A stretch of DNA of 64,000 nucleotides. It comes from a virus. The notes beneath the pieces were generated by a model. It saw only the letters and a list, made by a program, of their open reading frames with translations, did no database searches and had not been told where the DNA came from. Position numbers and translations under genes: made by a program. How positions within the stretch are numbered: position 1 is the stretch's first letter; each line of letters begins with the position of its first letter. The DNA is taken from IMG/VR virus record IMGVR_UViG_3300021961_000019. One strand, 5' to 3'. Positions 44,308 through 53,422 of the stretch are shown one piece after another.

Positions 44308-46017
44308 TTAAACCGGACTACTAAATCCCTTCACTTTATCAAACTTGATCAACTTATTGAATTTATCTTCTAGACCACTCTTATGAGAAATCACGAAGAT
44401 ATTCGCATCTTTCACAACAAATCGAATAATTCTCAAAAACTCTTCTGTACCAAATCCATCCAAAGAACTATCAAAGACTTCATCCATAATCAAAAGATTG
44501 GTATTGACAGAATTCTTGAATTTTGCAACTTCTCTCCAAGTGAAGAGAAGTGCTAGGTCAATTCTCATCTTTTCACCTTCACTAAAGGAAGAATATGAAA
44601 AGTCTTCATGAATTGGTGATAGGACAGTTTCGTTAAATTCATCATCAAGAGTAAAGTTGATATAAAAATCCATCATCTGAAGATAACGGTTTACTTGCTG
44701 ATTAATAAGCGGTAAGTATTTCTTAATGATTTTGGATTTAACTCCACTGTCCCTTAGTAAGTTGTATACAAATTCGTGATTATTAACTTGTGTTTTCTTA
44801 TCTACTAGATTATCATATGTACTCGATAACTCCCTTTGGAATTTTTCTAACTTCTCATGCTCAGTATTTCTGTTCGCAAGGTTGTCGGTAATTCTTTGAA
44901 TTTCCGATTCAAGATCACCGACTTGTCGCTGTAATCCAGAAATCTTAATATTGTTTTGAGAAATTCCATGCGTTAAACTAGTAACCTCTTTAGAAACGGC
45001 AACGAAATGACACTCTCGCTGCTCCTCCTCTTCAATTGCACGTTCGAGTTCTAAAAACCCAGTTTGCAACTCCTTTGCCTTAATTTGAGTGTCTTCAATC
45101 CTATTTAACCGAAACTCTTCTTCTATGTTCTGAGTGCAGGTGGGGCAAACCGTATTTTCACTAAAAAACTTATGCTCTTCAGTAACGGTTGCAACTTTTT
45201 GGGAGATTTTGCCCTTTAATGATCCCAACTTTCTCAACTTATCTTTAGATCCCTTAACATTATCAAGTTCTTCCGTGAGTTTCTCAACCACCCCCGTAGT
45301 ATCTTCATTCTCAGAGATATAAACGCCAATTTCCTCATTCAGATTGGCAATCTTTTCTTTATAGGCATTTATATTGGCATTTCCCCGACTCTCAAATTCA
45401 TGAATAAAGTTCTTCTGCATTTCAAGGCGATCACTTAAAGATTCCTTCTTCAGTTCCAGAGTTCGAATCTCTTCACGACTTTCGCGAATTCTATCTTTGA
45501 CAATTGAGTTCATAGAAGAGAAGATCTTGATGTCAAGAAGATCTTCAATCACCTCTCTACGATTAGCAGCAGAAAGTTGCATAAATGGAACAAAATTACT
45601 AGATCCCAAAATCACAATTTGTGTGAAAGATTTATAGTTCATCTTCAGAACATTTTGCTCCAACCACTTCTGCTGATCAAGTGCTGCAGAGGATTGATCA
45701 AGAGCAGAATCGTTTCTATAAATCTCAAAAATATTTGGCTTGATGCCTCTTACAATTTTCCAGGAAATACCGCCAATATTAAACTCAACCTCAACTCTAC
45801 AGTCTCTCTCATTTACTGTGTTGACCAGTTGTGGTTTGTTAATACGACGAAACGGTTTCCCAAATAAGGAAAACGTTAATGCATCAAGAATAGTAGATTT
45901 ACCGGCACCATTATTCCCAACGATTAACGTTGTGGAATCTTTGTTTAAAGTAATTTCTGTGTATTGATTGCCGGTGCTTAAAAAGTTTTTCCAACGAATT
46001 TTTTCAAATACTATCAT
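44308..46017 (-). CDS. gp46: Recombination exonuclease SbcC-like subunit
   Basis: GNNGAGKS, CPTC zinc hook, FSEGEKMRIDL, MDEVFD, ISH. Confidence 0.96.
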   Translation of the reverse strand: MIVFEKIRWKNFLSTGNQYTEITLNKDSTTLIVGNNGAGKSTILDALTFSLFGKPFRRINKPQLVNTVNERDCRVEVEFNIGGISWKIVRGIKPNIFEIYRNDSALDQSSAALDQQKWLEQNVLKMNYKSFTQIVILGSSNFVPFMQLSAANRREVIEDLLDIKIFSSMNSIVKDRIRESREEIRTLELKKESLSDRLEMQKNFIHEFESRGNANINAYKEKIANLNEEIGVYISENEDTTGVVEKLTEELDNVKGSKDKLRKLGSLKGKISQKVATVTEEHKFFSENTVCPTCTQNIEEEFRLNRIEDTQIKAKELQTGFLELERAIEEEEQRECHFVAVSKEVTSLTHGISQNNIKISGLQRQVGDLESEIQRITDNLANRNTEHEKLEKFQRELSSTYDNLVDKKTQVNNHEFVYNLLRDSGVKSKIIKKYLPLINQQVNRYLQMMDFYINFTLDDEFNETVLSPIHEDFSYSSFSEGEKMRIDLALLFTWREVAKFKNSVNTNLLIMDEVFDSSLDGFGTEEFLRIIRFVVKDANIFVISHKSGLEDKFNKLIKFDKVKGFSSPV

Positions 46018-46031
46018 CGATCATCATCACA

Positions 46032-46307
46032 TCAAATTGTATCAAATGTAAGATCCTCTGGTGGAAATACTATGTCATTCTTCGTAATGACTGCATACTT
46101 ATATCCACCAATTTCGCATGTTTGAATAATTAAATCATCATCCAATTCTATCACGTGCATTTCTGGATATCCATTACCCTCTAATAACATAGCATATCTA
46201 ACAGCATCATCCTCTTCTTCAAAAACATATAACACCATATCCCCATCCGGGGATTCTACAGCATATACACCTTCCTTTTCGCTTCCATATATTGTTAGAA
46301 TATACAT
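46032..46307 (-). CDS. 91-aa acidic hypothetical protein
   Basis: Start reassigned to MYILTI; FEEEDDAVRYA. Confidence 0.7.
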   Translation of the reverse strand: MYILTIYGSEKEGVYAVESPDGDMVLYVFEEEDDAVRYAMLLEGNGYPEMHVIELDDDLIIQTCEIGGYKYAVITKNDIVFPPEDLTFDTI

Positions 46308-46308
46308 G

Positions 46309-47349
46309 TCATACCATTTCGCAAGCTTCCCGATAGATATTATGAATAATGGACTGAATCTCAGACCTATCAAGTTGAGTATCAGATTCGTTTATATATC
46401 TATTCAAGATAGAAAGTGTATCTTCTGACTCAATTGCTTCGAAGTCTTCATTCTCTTGAATTTGGAAGTTTTCAACGATCTTCAACTCATACACATTTGC
46501 TTTAAAGATCTTATCAATAAACTTCTCAAAATGCTTGGGATTTGATTTCTTACGAACTACTACCTTAACGATCTTATTTTCAAGTTCCCTAGTGTCAAAG
46601 GTTTGATATGGAGTATCTTCATAATAGATGTTATAAAACATCCGATATGGATTATTAATTGGAGTATGTTCCAGAGTCTCCGTATCAAAAATGTGAAATC
46701 CACGAGTTTCCTTTACATCATTCCAAAACATCTCATATGGATTGCCCAGGTAATAAATTGGATCTACTGACGATCTAGTGTGATAGTGCCCAGAGAAGAC
46801 TTTGGTGAACGTCTTAAATAATTCGCTGCCAAGACCTTCCTCCATGACGTGGCCACGACTAGCTGCAAATCCTCTGAGTTCAAGGTGCCCCATCGCACAC
46901 TTGCAAGATGTACCTTTAATAAGTTTAAGAGTTTCTTCTTCATTTTCTTGATTAATCCATGGTATAAAAAGAACCTTTAATTTTCCCAAAAGAACTTCTT
47001 GTGGGGAAGAATAGATCTTTACATTTGCATATTCGCGAAGCAAAAGATCTACGGCATTTACAGAATTTGTATTTTTGTAGTAAACATCATGATTGCCAAC
47101 AATCAAGTGTAAGTCAATTCCCCTGCCCTTGATGGGATCAAAGATATTATTCTTAGCCCATGTTAGAGCAGAAAAATCAATTCCCTTCCGGCTGTCAAAA
47201 GCATCACCCATATGAACTATGGTCTTAATTCCCTCACTATCCAGAGTAGGGAAGAAAATATCCTCATAGAACCTTAAAAAATAATCATGAAAAACTTTAG
47301 AGTTTTTTCGAGCACCATAATGAGTGTCTGTAATGATTGCAACTTTCAC
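46309..47349 (-). CDS. gp47: Recombination endonuclease SbcD-like subunit
   Basis: DTHYG, GDAFD, VGNHD, SGHYH. Confidence 0.96.
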   Translation of the reverse strand: MKVAIITDTHYGARKNSKVFHDYFLRFYEDIFFPTLDSEGIKTIVHMGDAFDSRKGIDFSALTWAKNNIFDPIKGRGIDLHLIVGNHDVYYKNTNSVNAVDLLLREYANVKIYSSPQEVLLGKLKVLFIPWINQENEEETLKLIKGTSCKCAMGHLELRGFAASRGHVMEEGLGSELFKTFTKVFSGHYHTRSSVDPIYYLGNPYEMFWNDVKETRGFHIFDTETLEHTPINNPYRMFYNIYYEDTPYQTFDTRELENKIVKVVVRKKSNPKHFEKFIDKIFKANVYELKIVENFQIQENEDFEAIESEDTLSILNRYINESDTQLDRSEIQSIIHNIYREACEMV

Positions 47350-47362
47350 AAATTAATCCCCA

Positions 47363-47797
47363 TCAAATCTCATGCTTCAAACGCAATCTCTCAAGAAGTC
47401 TTTGATATTGTTCCGTAAGAGTCTTGTTCAATTTTAAAACTGGAGTATAATCATTTGGTGCAGGTGCATCGTGACGCAATAATGCATTTACAACTGCGGC
47501 AGGTCTTCCCGATACGTTAATTGATCCGTGGAGGACATTTGGAGGAATTACAACTGCTACTGGCGATTCCGCATTCATAGAAATATATCTGACCTTATCA
47601 TTTTCAACATAAAACAAATACGAAATTCCTTGAACAGGAATCAGTTGATCTGTTTGATTTTCATGAGAAAACATCTCAAATGGATTATTATGAGATATTT
47701 CTACCAAAAATGTCTCACAACTACGATAAGAGGTGTAAAACTTACACCCACTGGTGCTCATATATGAGATTGGTTCAACAGAAACCGTTTGTGGCAT
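47363..47797 (-). CDS. Cupin-fold protein (RmlC/WxcM-like)
   Basis: H..QTD.L...G and IPP.V.HG cupin motifs; own TTGACA-17-TATATT promoter (47828-47856) and GAGGAG RBS. Confidence 0.7.
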   Translation of the reverse strand: MPQTVSVEPISYMSTSGCKFYTSYRSCETFLVEISHNNPFEMFSHENQTDQLIPVQGISYLFYVENDKVRYISMNAESPVAVVIPPNVLHGSINVSGRPAAVVNALLRHDAPAPNDYTPVLKLNKTLTEQYQRLLERLRLKHEI

Positions 47798-47867
47798 ACA
47801 AACTCCTCACCGGGAAATATATCTTTAAATATATCATGCATTAATTTGACTGTCAACAATTACAGCA

Positions 47868-48365
47868 TTAATACCGCAGTTTATTGTGAACAGAATCTTT
47901 AATCGAATTGTAATCGCTGTAATTCATTCCATCAATTGATACGTCGTCCACGAACACCTCATCAAATCCGGTCTTCTCAAGGATTTTGTTCTTGATTTCT
48001 AACTGACGCTTTTCCTTTTGAATTCTACGCAGAAAAGCATAATGAATAATTTGAGTAAAATATGCAAAGGGGTTCTGTGATTTTTTTGGATCAAAATTAT
48101 GAATGTATTGAATGCAATTCTCAATACCATCAGAAATCATATCTTCCTTGAACATATAGTTCACGAAGTTTGGTTTAAAAGATAGGTGAGTTGCGATCTT
48201 CAGAAAACAGTCACCAATATAATTCGTGATCCTTGGTTTTTCATTGCCCCTAATCTGAGCAATCTCACAATTTTCCCGATATGTAATAAGAGCTGCTAGG
48301 AATTCTTTATTATTCACATAGTGCTCAGATCTCTTCTTTCTTACCATTACCGCAGTTGTCAACAT
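47868..48365 (-). CDS. gp55: Late-transcription sigma factor
   Basis: HYVNNKEF, YIG.CFLKIATHLS..PNF.NY, NPFAYFTQI. Confidence 0.96.
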   Translation of the reverse strand: MLTTAVMVRKKRSEHYVNNKEFLAALITYRENCEIAQIRGNEKPRITNYIGDCFLKIATHLSFKPNFVNYMFKEDMISDGIENCIQYIHNFDPKKSQNPFAYFTQIIHYAFLRRIQKEKRQLEIKNKILEKTGFDEVFVDDVSIDGMNYSDYNSIKDSVHNKLRY

Positions 48366-48422
48366 ACTAAACGATTCAAACTATGTATCATTATACGACA
48401 TTCAACACAATTGCGCAAGGCC

Positions 48423-48451
48423 TTGACAAGGAACCAAAACAGCAGTAGACT
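48423..48451 (+). promoter_or_regulatory. Antisense-oriented sigma70 promoter
   Basis: TTGACA-17nt-TAGACT on the + strand, back-to-back with the gp55 promoter TTGCGC-17nt-TATAAT. Confidence 0.65.
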
Positions 48452-48489
48452 ACCTTTGTTAGGGTTGAAGGATGAGTTATAGCTTAGCT

Positions 48490-48900
48490 TTAAGACTCTG
48501 GTTCTAAACCATAAATCTTCTCTAGAATTTCCTTTGCTTCAGTAATACTAGAGATATATCCCTGTTCTCTGGTGAGAGTGGTTTGATTGGGATGTTGATC
48601 CGGATTAAGTGCAAACTGACGGGTATATTGATGGTAGATTTTTATCATCTCCATATCTTTTGTTTCACACATCGTTAAGACATCATTCTTATCAATTACA
48701 AACATATCATTAGTAGTTGTCTTAAGCCAGGGTTCAACTTTATACCCAGAACCAGATCTGCTTTTAAATTCACTAATAACTACTGGACAATGCAGCATAA
48801 TGAGAGTTCTATCTCCCTCTTCTAAAACAGCTGCCTTGCAAAATAATTCTTCACTTGTCTTTAATTTTATTGTTGCATAAAAATCTTCTTCTATACCCAT
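48490..48900 (-). CDS. 136-aa conserved hypothetical protein between uvsW and gp55
   Basis: ATIKL..SEELF...EPW pattern; synteny. Confidence 0.8.
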   Translation of the reverse strand: MGIEEDFYATIKLKTSEELFCKAAVLEEGDRTLIMLHCPVVISEFKSRSGSGYKVEPWLKTTTNDMFVIDKNDVLTMCETKDMEMIKIYHQYTRQFALNPDQHPNQTTLTREQGYISSITEAKEILEKIYGLEPES

Positions 48901-48904
48901 ATTT

Positions 48905-50362
48905 TTATAGATTAACTGTGATTATGTCATAATTAAATTTCTCTTCGTTATAGATCTTGATTCTTTCAATTAGATGATTTAAAGTGAAATTTCGTTTTTG
49001 CTTGTATGTGCAATCATCTGATATATCGTAGAGAATTGCTTTAGTTTTTGTCTTAGACTTTCTAAGAACTCTTCCAATACTTTGGAGATTTCTAATTCTT
49101 GATTTGGATGGAGAAGCAAAGATTACATTATGCAAATTCTTAATGTTAATCCCGGTGCTAAATGTTCCGTAAGATGCAATAATGATTGCACTATCCTCTT
49201 TCTCCGTGATTTCTCTAACTAGCTCACGTTCCTCTGCATCCACACCACCATGAACAAAAAAGATTTTTCTGTTCATATGTTTGCTACTATTTATGAGATC
49301 ATAGAGAACCTGTCCATGAGCAGCAACTCTATTATACAGAACAAGAGTATTTCCCTTTAGATCCAAAGATAGATTGCATATAAACTTATTTCTTTTCTCA
49401 TGAGAGATTAAGTATTGAATTTCATCCTCATAGGTTTCAAATCTCTTTGGGGGATGCTTAAGAACAATGCACTTAATATCTAATTGTGATAGATGTCCTT
49501 GCTCCATCAATTCAGAAGTTCTAGTAACTTTGTATGATGGTCCAAATAATCCCTCTAACACCCATTTATGCGTCTGTGTGCCGTCCAAAGTTCCAGTGAA
49601 CCCAAATCTATACTTGGTGTGATGAAGCTTGGTCATTATGTCGATTAATGACTTACTCTTGAATAGGTGTGCTTCATCTCCAATAACTACATTATAATCT
49701 TCAAAGAATAAACGTTCCAGTTTGTAAATTGACTGCCATGTGGTAATTGTGACCGAATATTCATTTGTCTTTTCTCTTCCCGAATATATGCGATGACAGT
49801 ATGACTCAGCATCCCAACCATAATCAACAAAATCCTTATACATTTGTTCTACAAGACTTGTCGTTGGAACAACTAGAAGAATTTTTTGTCCTTTATCCAC
49901 ATAGTATCTTACAAGGGAATAAATCATCAGAGATTTGCCTGATGCAGTGGGACTTATCAATAGTTTTCGGTTATACTTTAGAGCATCATATACTCCATCA
50001 ACTTGATAATCTCTAGGTGTATGAGTGCATATTGATCTCATATATCCAGACACACCTTCCTTGGTAATATCTTCGTTTGATTCGAAGGGACTACCGTAGA
50101 ATTTATTGTCCTTGAACGTATACTCGTATCCATATTGATGGCAGAACTCAACTACCTTATCTAAAAGTCCAACATAGATTTGTTTAGACCTCGAATCAAA
50201 AAGGTGTATTTCTCCATTCCAGTTTCTTTTTCGATATTGGGGCATAAACTTTGCACCCTCAACCTGAAATGTGAAATGGTCACGCAATTCATATTCTACA
50301 TGCGGTTCAGTCTCTACTTTTAGAAAGACTTCATTCGCCTTACTTATAATAAGTTCTGTCAT
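48905..50362 (-). CDS. uvsW: UvsW helicase
   Basis: PTASGKS, DEAH, GFTGT, STGINI, QSIGR.LR. Confidence 0.96.
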   Translation of the reverse strand: MTELIISKANEVFLKVETEPHVEYELRDHFTFQVEGAKFMPQYRKRNWNGEIHLFDSRSKQIYVGLLDKVVEFCHQYGYEYTFKDNKFYGSPFESNEDITKEGVSGYMRSICTHTPRDYQVDGVYDALKYNRKLLISPTASGKSLMIYSLVRYYVDKGQKILLVVPTTSLVEQMYKDFVDYGWDAESYCHRIYSGREKTNEYSVTITTWQSIYKLERLFFEDYNVVIGDEAHLFKSKSLIDIMTKLHHTKYRFGFTGTLDGTQTHKWVLEGLFGPSYKVTRTSELMEQGHLSQLDIKCIVLKHPPKRFETYEDEIQYLISHEKRNKFICNLSLDLKGNTLVLYNRVAAHGQVLYDLINSSKHMNRKIFFVHGGVDAEERELVREITEKEDSAIIIASYGTFSTGINIKNLHNVIFASPSKSRIRNLQSIGRVLRKSKTKTKAILYDISDDCTYKQKRNFTLNHLIERIKIYNEEKFNYDIITVNL

Positions 50363-50389
50363 ATTACCTCAACTCAAGTGAGTTCAATA

Positions 50390-50572
50390 TTATTCCGTGC
50401 GGAATTTGTAATCTAGTATTGGTCTGTATAATTTATTTTTTAGATCGTTAAGATGTTGCTGCTCAAATGGATGTCTAGATGGATATCCTTCCCAAGACTC
50501 TATTCTTCTACAAACACAATCATATAAAAGATGCACATCTTCAATTGATAGATCTAATTTGTAATCGGACAT
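50390..50572 (-). CDS. 60-aa hypothetical protein
   Basis: ORF track; W.G.P.R..EQ.HL motif. Confidence 0.65.
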   Translation of the reverse strand: MSDYKLDLSIEDVHLLYDCVCRRIESWEGYPSRHPFEQQHLNDLKNKLYRPILDYKFRTE

Positions 50573-50573
50573 A

Positions 50574-51017
50574 TTACCCTAAACCTGCTGTGAAACGGAT
50601 GAATTCGATTGCATTCTTGATTTGATATGTCCTGTTCTGAATAACCTTTAAAATACTTTCTATGTAGTTTAGAATCGTATCGTAGTAATCCAATTTGAGA
50701 GAGATTGAAGAAAGTCTCTCATCGGCATCCAAATATTTTTGAAGAGTATCTTTATCGCGGATTTTTTTGGGGAATGGATTCTCTAGGTAAACATCGGGAT
50801 CCGCTTTTCCAGAATAATACTCATAGCGTTCGTGCCTTATATTTCTTCTCTGCTGCTCAGCCTTCTTACGCAAAAGAATGGTTGTGTTATACAACTCAAA
50901 ATATTTTGCATGTAAAACTGGTATATTTAATGACTCTGTGTGTAGATTGTCAATATCAATTTGGGAATCTTTCTCCCACATTTGTTGAATTAATTCAAGA
51001 TTGATCTGGTTCGTCAT
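50574..51017 (-). CDS. uvsY: UvsY recombination mediator
   Basis: D..ID..NL..ESL.IP.LHAKY...R.YQIKNAIE. Confidence 0.9.
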   Translation of the reverse strand: MTNQINLELIQQMWEKDSQIDIDNLHTESLNIPVLHAKYFELYNTTILLRKKAEQQRRNIRHERYEYYSGKADPDVYLENPFPKKIRDKDTLQKYLDADERLSSISLKLDYYDTILNYIESILKVIQNRTYQIKNAIEFIRFTAGLG

Positions 51018-51585
51018 AATGTAATGGTTTGCCTCCCAAAGTTACTATGTCGTAGATAGTATACTTAAATGCCACCTCAGCGGTGATATATTCCAAGTCT
51101 GGATCTGTTGCACTAAAATCCAATGCACTCAGATACGTTGGCCAAAGATCCCTGAACACTACTTTGAATGAAGGATTATTGGAACTCGTAAGAATATTTA
51201 GTGTGCCATCACAGAAGAGATTCAGAAGCGATGGGTGTTCTTGAACATCTAATCCAGGATTGGTAAACTGGCGATCATAGATGTCCATCAAACTATCTGG
51301 ATATCCACATCCACGTATCCAGTGATGGATTTCCATGTAATTCTCAAGGTTTTCATCAACCATGAACCTGACACGGAAATCCTCAAAGGAAACCTTATCT
51401 CCGGGAACATCAATATCCTTTAGTCCGGTTGGTTGTATAGCTGCACCAAGACTGATTCCAGGTATTTGTGCTCCATTCCCAAAGAAAGCAACTTTTGGTG
51501 CTCTATTCAGAATTAATTTAAAACCAACGTTGGAAAGAAAATTCCTGTTGGTAATTTGGTTTTTTAAACCGTTACTGATTGCCAT
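50995..51585 (-). CDS. gp3: Tail tube terminator / tail completion protein
   Basis: NRNFLS..GF, F.VDENLENY.EI..W, F.DLWPT.LS. Confidence 0.85.
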   Translation of the reverse strand: MAISNGLKNQITNRNFLSNVGFKLILNRAPKVAFFGNGAQIPGISLGAAIQPTGLKDIDVPGDKVSFEDFRVRFMVDENLENYMEIHHWIRGCGYPDSLMDIYDRQFTNPGLDVQEHPSLLNLFCDGTLNILTSSNNPSFKVVFRDLWPTYLSALDFSATDPDLEYITAEVAFKYTIYDIVTLGGKPLHYDEPDQS

Positions 51586-51609
51586 TTCAAAATTGCCTTT
51601 ATTTATTAT

Positions 51610-51696
51610 TTATCCTGGGTATGCGTGATGAAGACCCCAGTTCACAAAAACAGCAGCAACAGCAAATACAGAAAGAGTTTTAATCAAAAGATTCAT
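51610..51696 (-). CDS. 28-aa single-TM microprotein
   Basis: MNLLIKTLSVFAVAAVFVNWGLHHAYPG; GATAAATA at 51720-51727. Confidence 0.5.
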   Translation of the reverse strand: MNLLIKTLSVFAVAAVFVNWGLHHAYPG

Positions 51697-51726
51697 ATTC
51701 AATTATTAAATCAACGTAGTATTTAT

Positions 51727-51816
51727 CTACGATTGCCACCCATTCAAAAGACTCCAATGAAGAAAGTAAACTATTGGTGTAAAAATGAGAATAGTCTTGA
51801 GGAAAAGTAGTAACAT
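51727..51816 (-). CDS. 29-aa single-TM microprotein
   Basis: MLLLFLKTILIFTPIVYFLHWSLLNGWQS; TATAAATA at 51860-51867. Confidence 0.5.
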   Translation of the reverse strand: MLLLFLKTILIFTPIVYFLHWSLLNGWQS

Positions 51817-51894
51817 GTTCGGTTATTGCGAATGCATTACTATTTTATAAAAAACTAGGTATTTATACTGTATTTTGTTAGAAAATGGTGACAT

Positions 51895-51920
51895 AAAAAA
51901 AGACCCCCTTGCGGGGGTCC
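51895..51920 (-). terminator. Intrinsic terminator after gp23
   Basis: GACCCCC-GCAA-GGGGGTC followed by a T run. Confidence 0.85.
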
Positions 51921-51943
51921 CAGTTGAACTTTGTGAAAATGGA

Positions 51944-53365
51944 TCACATGAGGTTCTTAACTGCAACGCGACGGTAGTAGCGGTTTGCATTAACCTGAAG
52001 ACGGCCGAGACCAGCGTTAGTGCCTTCTGCAAATGGGTTTGCAACAAGACCATAACGGGTCTTAAAGCCAATCTTGGGCTGGAAGGTGTCCTCACCAACG
52101 GCACGAACCATTTGGAGGGGAACATAAGGACAGTAGAACAGTCCAGCATCATAAGGGGAAGAACCCTTATAACCGATGACGTAATACTGGTTGCCAGAAG
52201 CGGTATTACCAGCAGCAAGGTTTGCCGAATAAGGATCGATGTATACGCGATACTTACCAAGCAGAATACCTGCGAAGGTGTTGCCAGTGTCATCAACGTT
52301 GAGGTTTGCGTTCAGTGCAGGGGTGTAATCAAGAACACCAGCCATGCTCAGAGCAGAAGCAACGTCTGCAGAGCAAAGGATGATGTTGCCCTTTCCACGA
52401 CGAGTGCGCTGTGCAATTCTGTTTGCATCACGCTCAATCTGGAACAGGAGACCCTTGAACTTCTCAACAGACCAACGACCGTTGGAGTCAACGTCGAGGT
52501 CAAATACGCCAGGAGTTGCGGTATTTTCTACAGCACCTTGCTCAGCAACCTTATAGATGGTTCTGATGACTTCACGGTTGATCTCAGCAAGAATCTCTGT
52601 GGAGAGAATGTTTGCGAGTTCCGCTTCAGCATTCAGACCGTGGATTGCCTTCAGGTCTTGTGCAAGCTCAAGGCTGTATTCTGCCTTCAGGGCACGTGAC
52701 TTTGCAGTAACGGTGACTTTCTCAATCGAGAATGCCATCTCGTTGAATGCTGCACCAGCAGTTCCAAGGTTCTCAGAATCGCCAGTAGGCATACCCTGAC
52801 CAACATTGTAGCCGAGGGAGTTTGCAGTTCCAACTGGGTTGAGAACGGATGGGTTGGTGCCAGCCTGGATGGTAGAACCAATACCAGCGTTGTTGTCAGC
52901 GAAGTCTTGGTTGATTGCAGCACCATAAGCAGCGTTCTGACCAGAGAATACTGTATCTGCTTCGTTGAAGAATGCCTCTTGACCAGACTGATTAACGTAG
53001 CGCGAACGCATTGCGAAAATCAGACCAGTAGGACCGGACATTGGCTGCACACCAGCAAGGTCATAAGCGACCAGATTAGGCATGGAGCGACGAATGAGGC
53101 TGATCAGCACAGGGTCGAAACCTGCGGTTGGGCTGCCACTTGTGCCACCGAAAGCACCCTGAGCACCAGCAGCGTTGCCGCTATTGGTTGGAGCTTCCAT
53201 CAGGGACTGCATCGAACCATTGTCGAATGCAGATTGCTCGCGGAGGAATCTTTCTTGGTTTTCGAGCAGGACAGCGGTTACGGCTCTACGATGAGGATCG
53301 GAGATTTCTTCACCATAATTGAGAAGAGGTGCCCACTTTTCCTGCAATTGCTCGGAATGGAACAT
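51944..53365 (-). CDS. gp23: Major capsid protein
   Basis: LQEKWAPLL, GVQPMSGPTGLIFAMR, FQPKIGFKTRYG. Confidence 0.98.
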   Translation of the reverse strand: MFHSEQLQEKWAPLLNYGEEISDPHRRAVTAVLLENQERFLREQSAFDNGSMQSLMEAPTNSGNAAGAQGAFGGTSGSPTAGFDPVLISLIRRSMPNLVAYDLAGVQPMSGPTGLIFAMRSRYVNQSGQEAFFNEADTVFSGQNAAYGAAINQDFADNNAGIGSTIQAGTNPSVLNPVGTANSLGYNVGQGMPTGDSENLGTAGAAFNEMAFSIEKVTVTAKSRALKAEYSLELAQDLKAIHGLNAEAELANILSTEILAEINREVIRTIYKVAEQGAVENTATPGVFDLDVDSNGRWSVEKFKGLLFQIERDANRIAQRTRRGKGNIILCSADVASALSMAGVLDYTPALNANLNVDDTGNTFAGILLGKYRVYIDPYSANLAAGNTASGNQYYVIGYKGSSPYDAGLFYCPYVPLQMVRAVGEDTFQPKIGFKTRYGLVANPFAEGTNAGLGRLQVNANRYYRRVAVKNLM

Positions 53366-53422
53366 TTGCTTTTACCTTTAAAATAGTTGTTTACGTTTGA
53401 ATTTGAATTATATTAAATTCAA

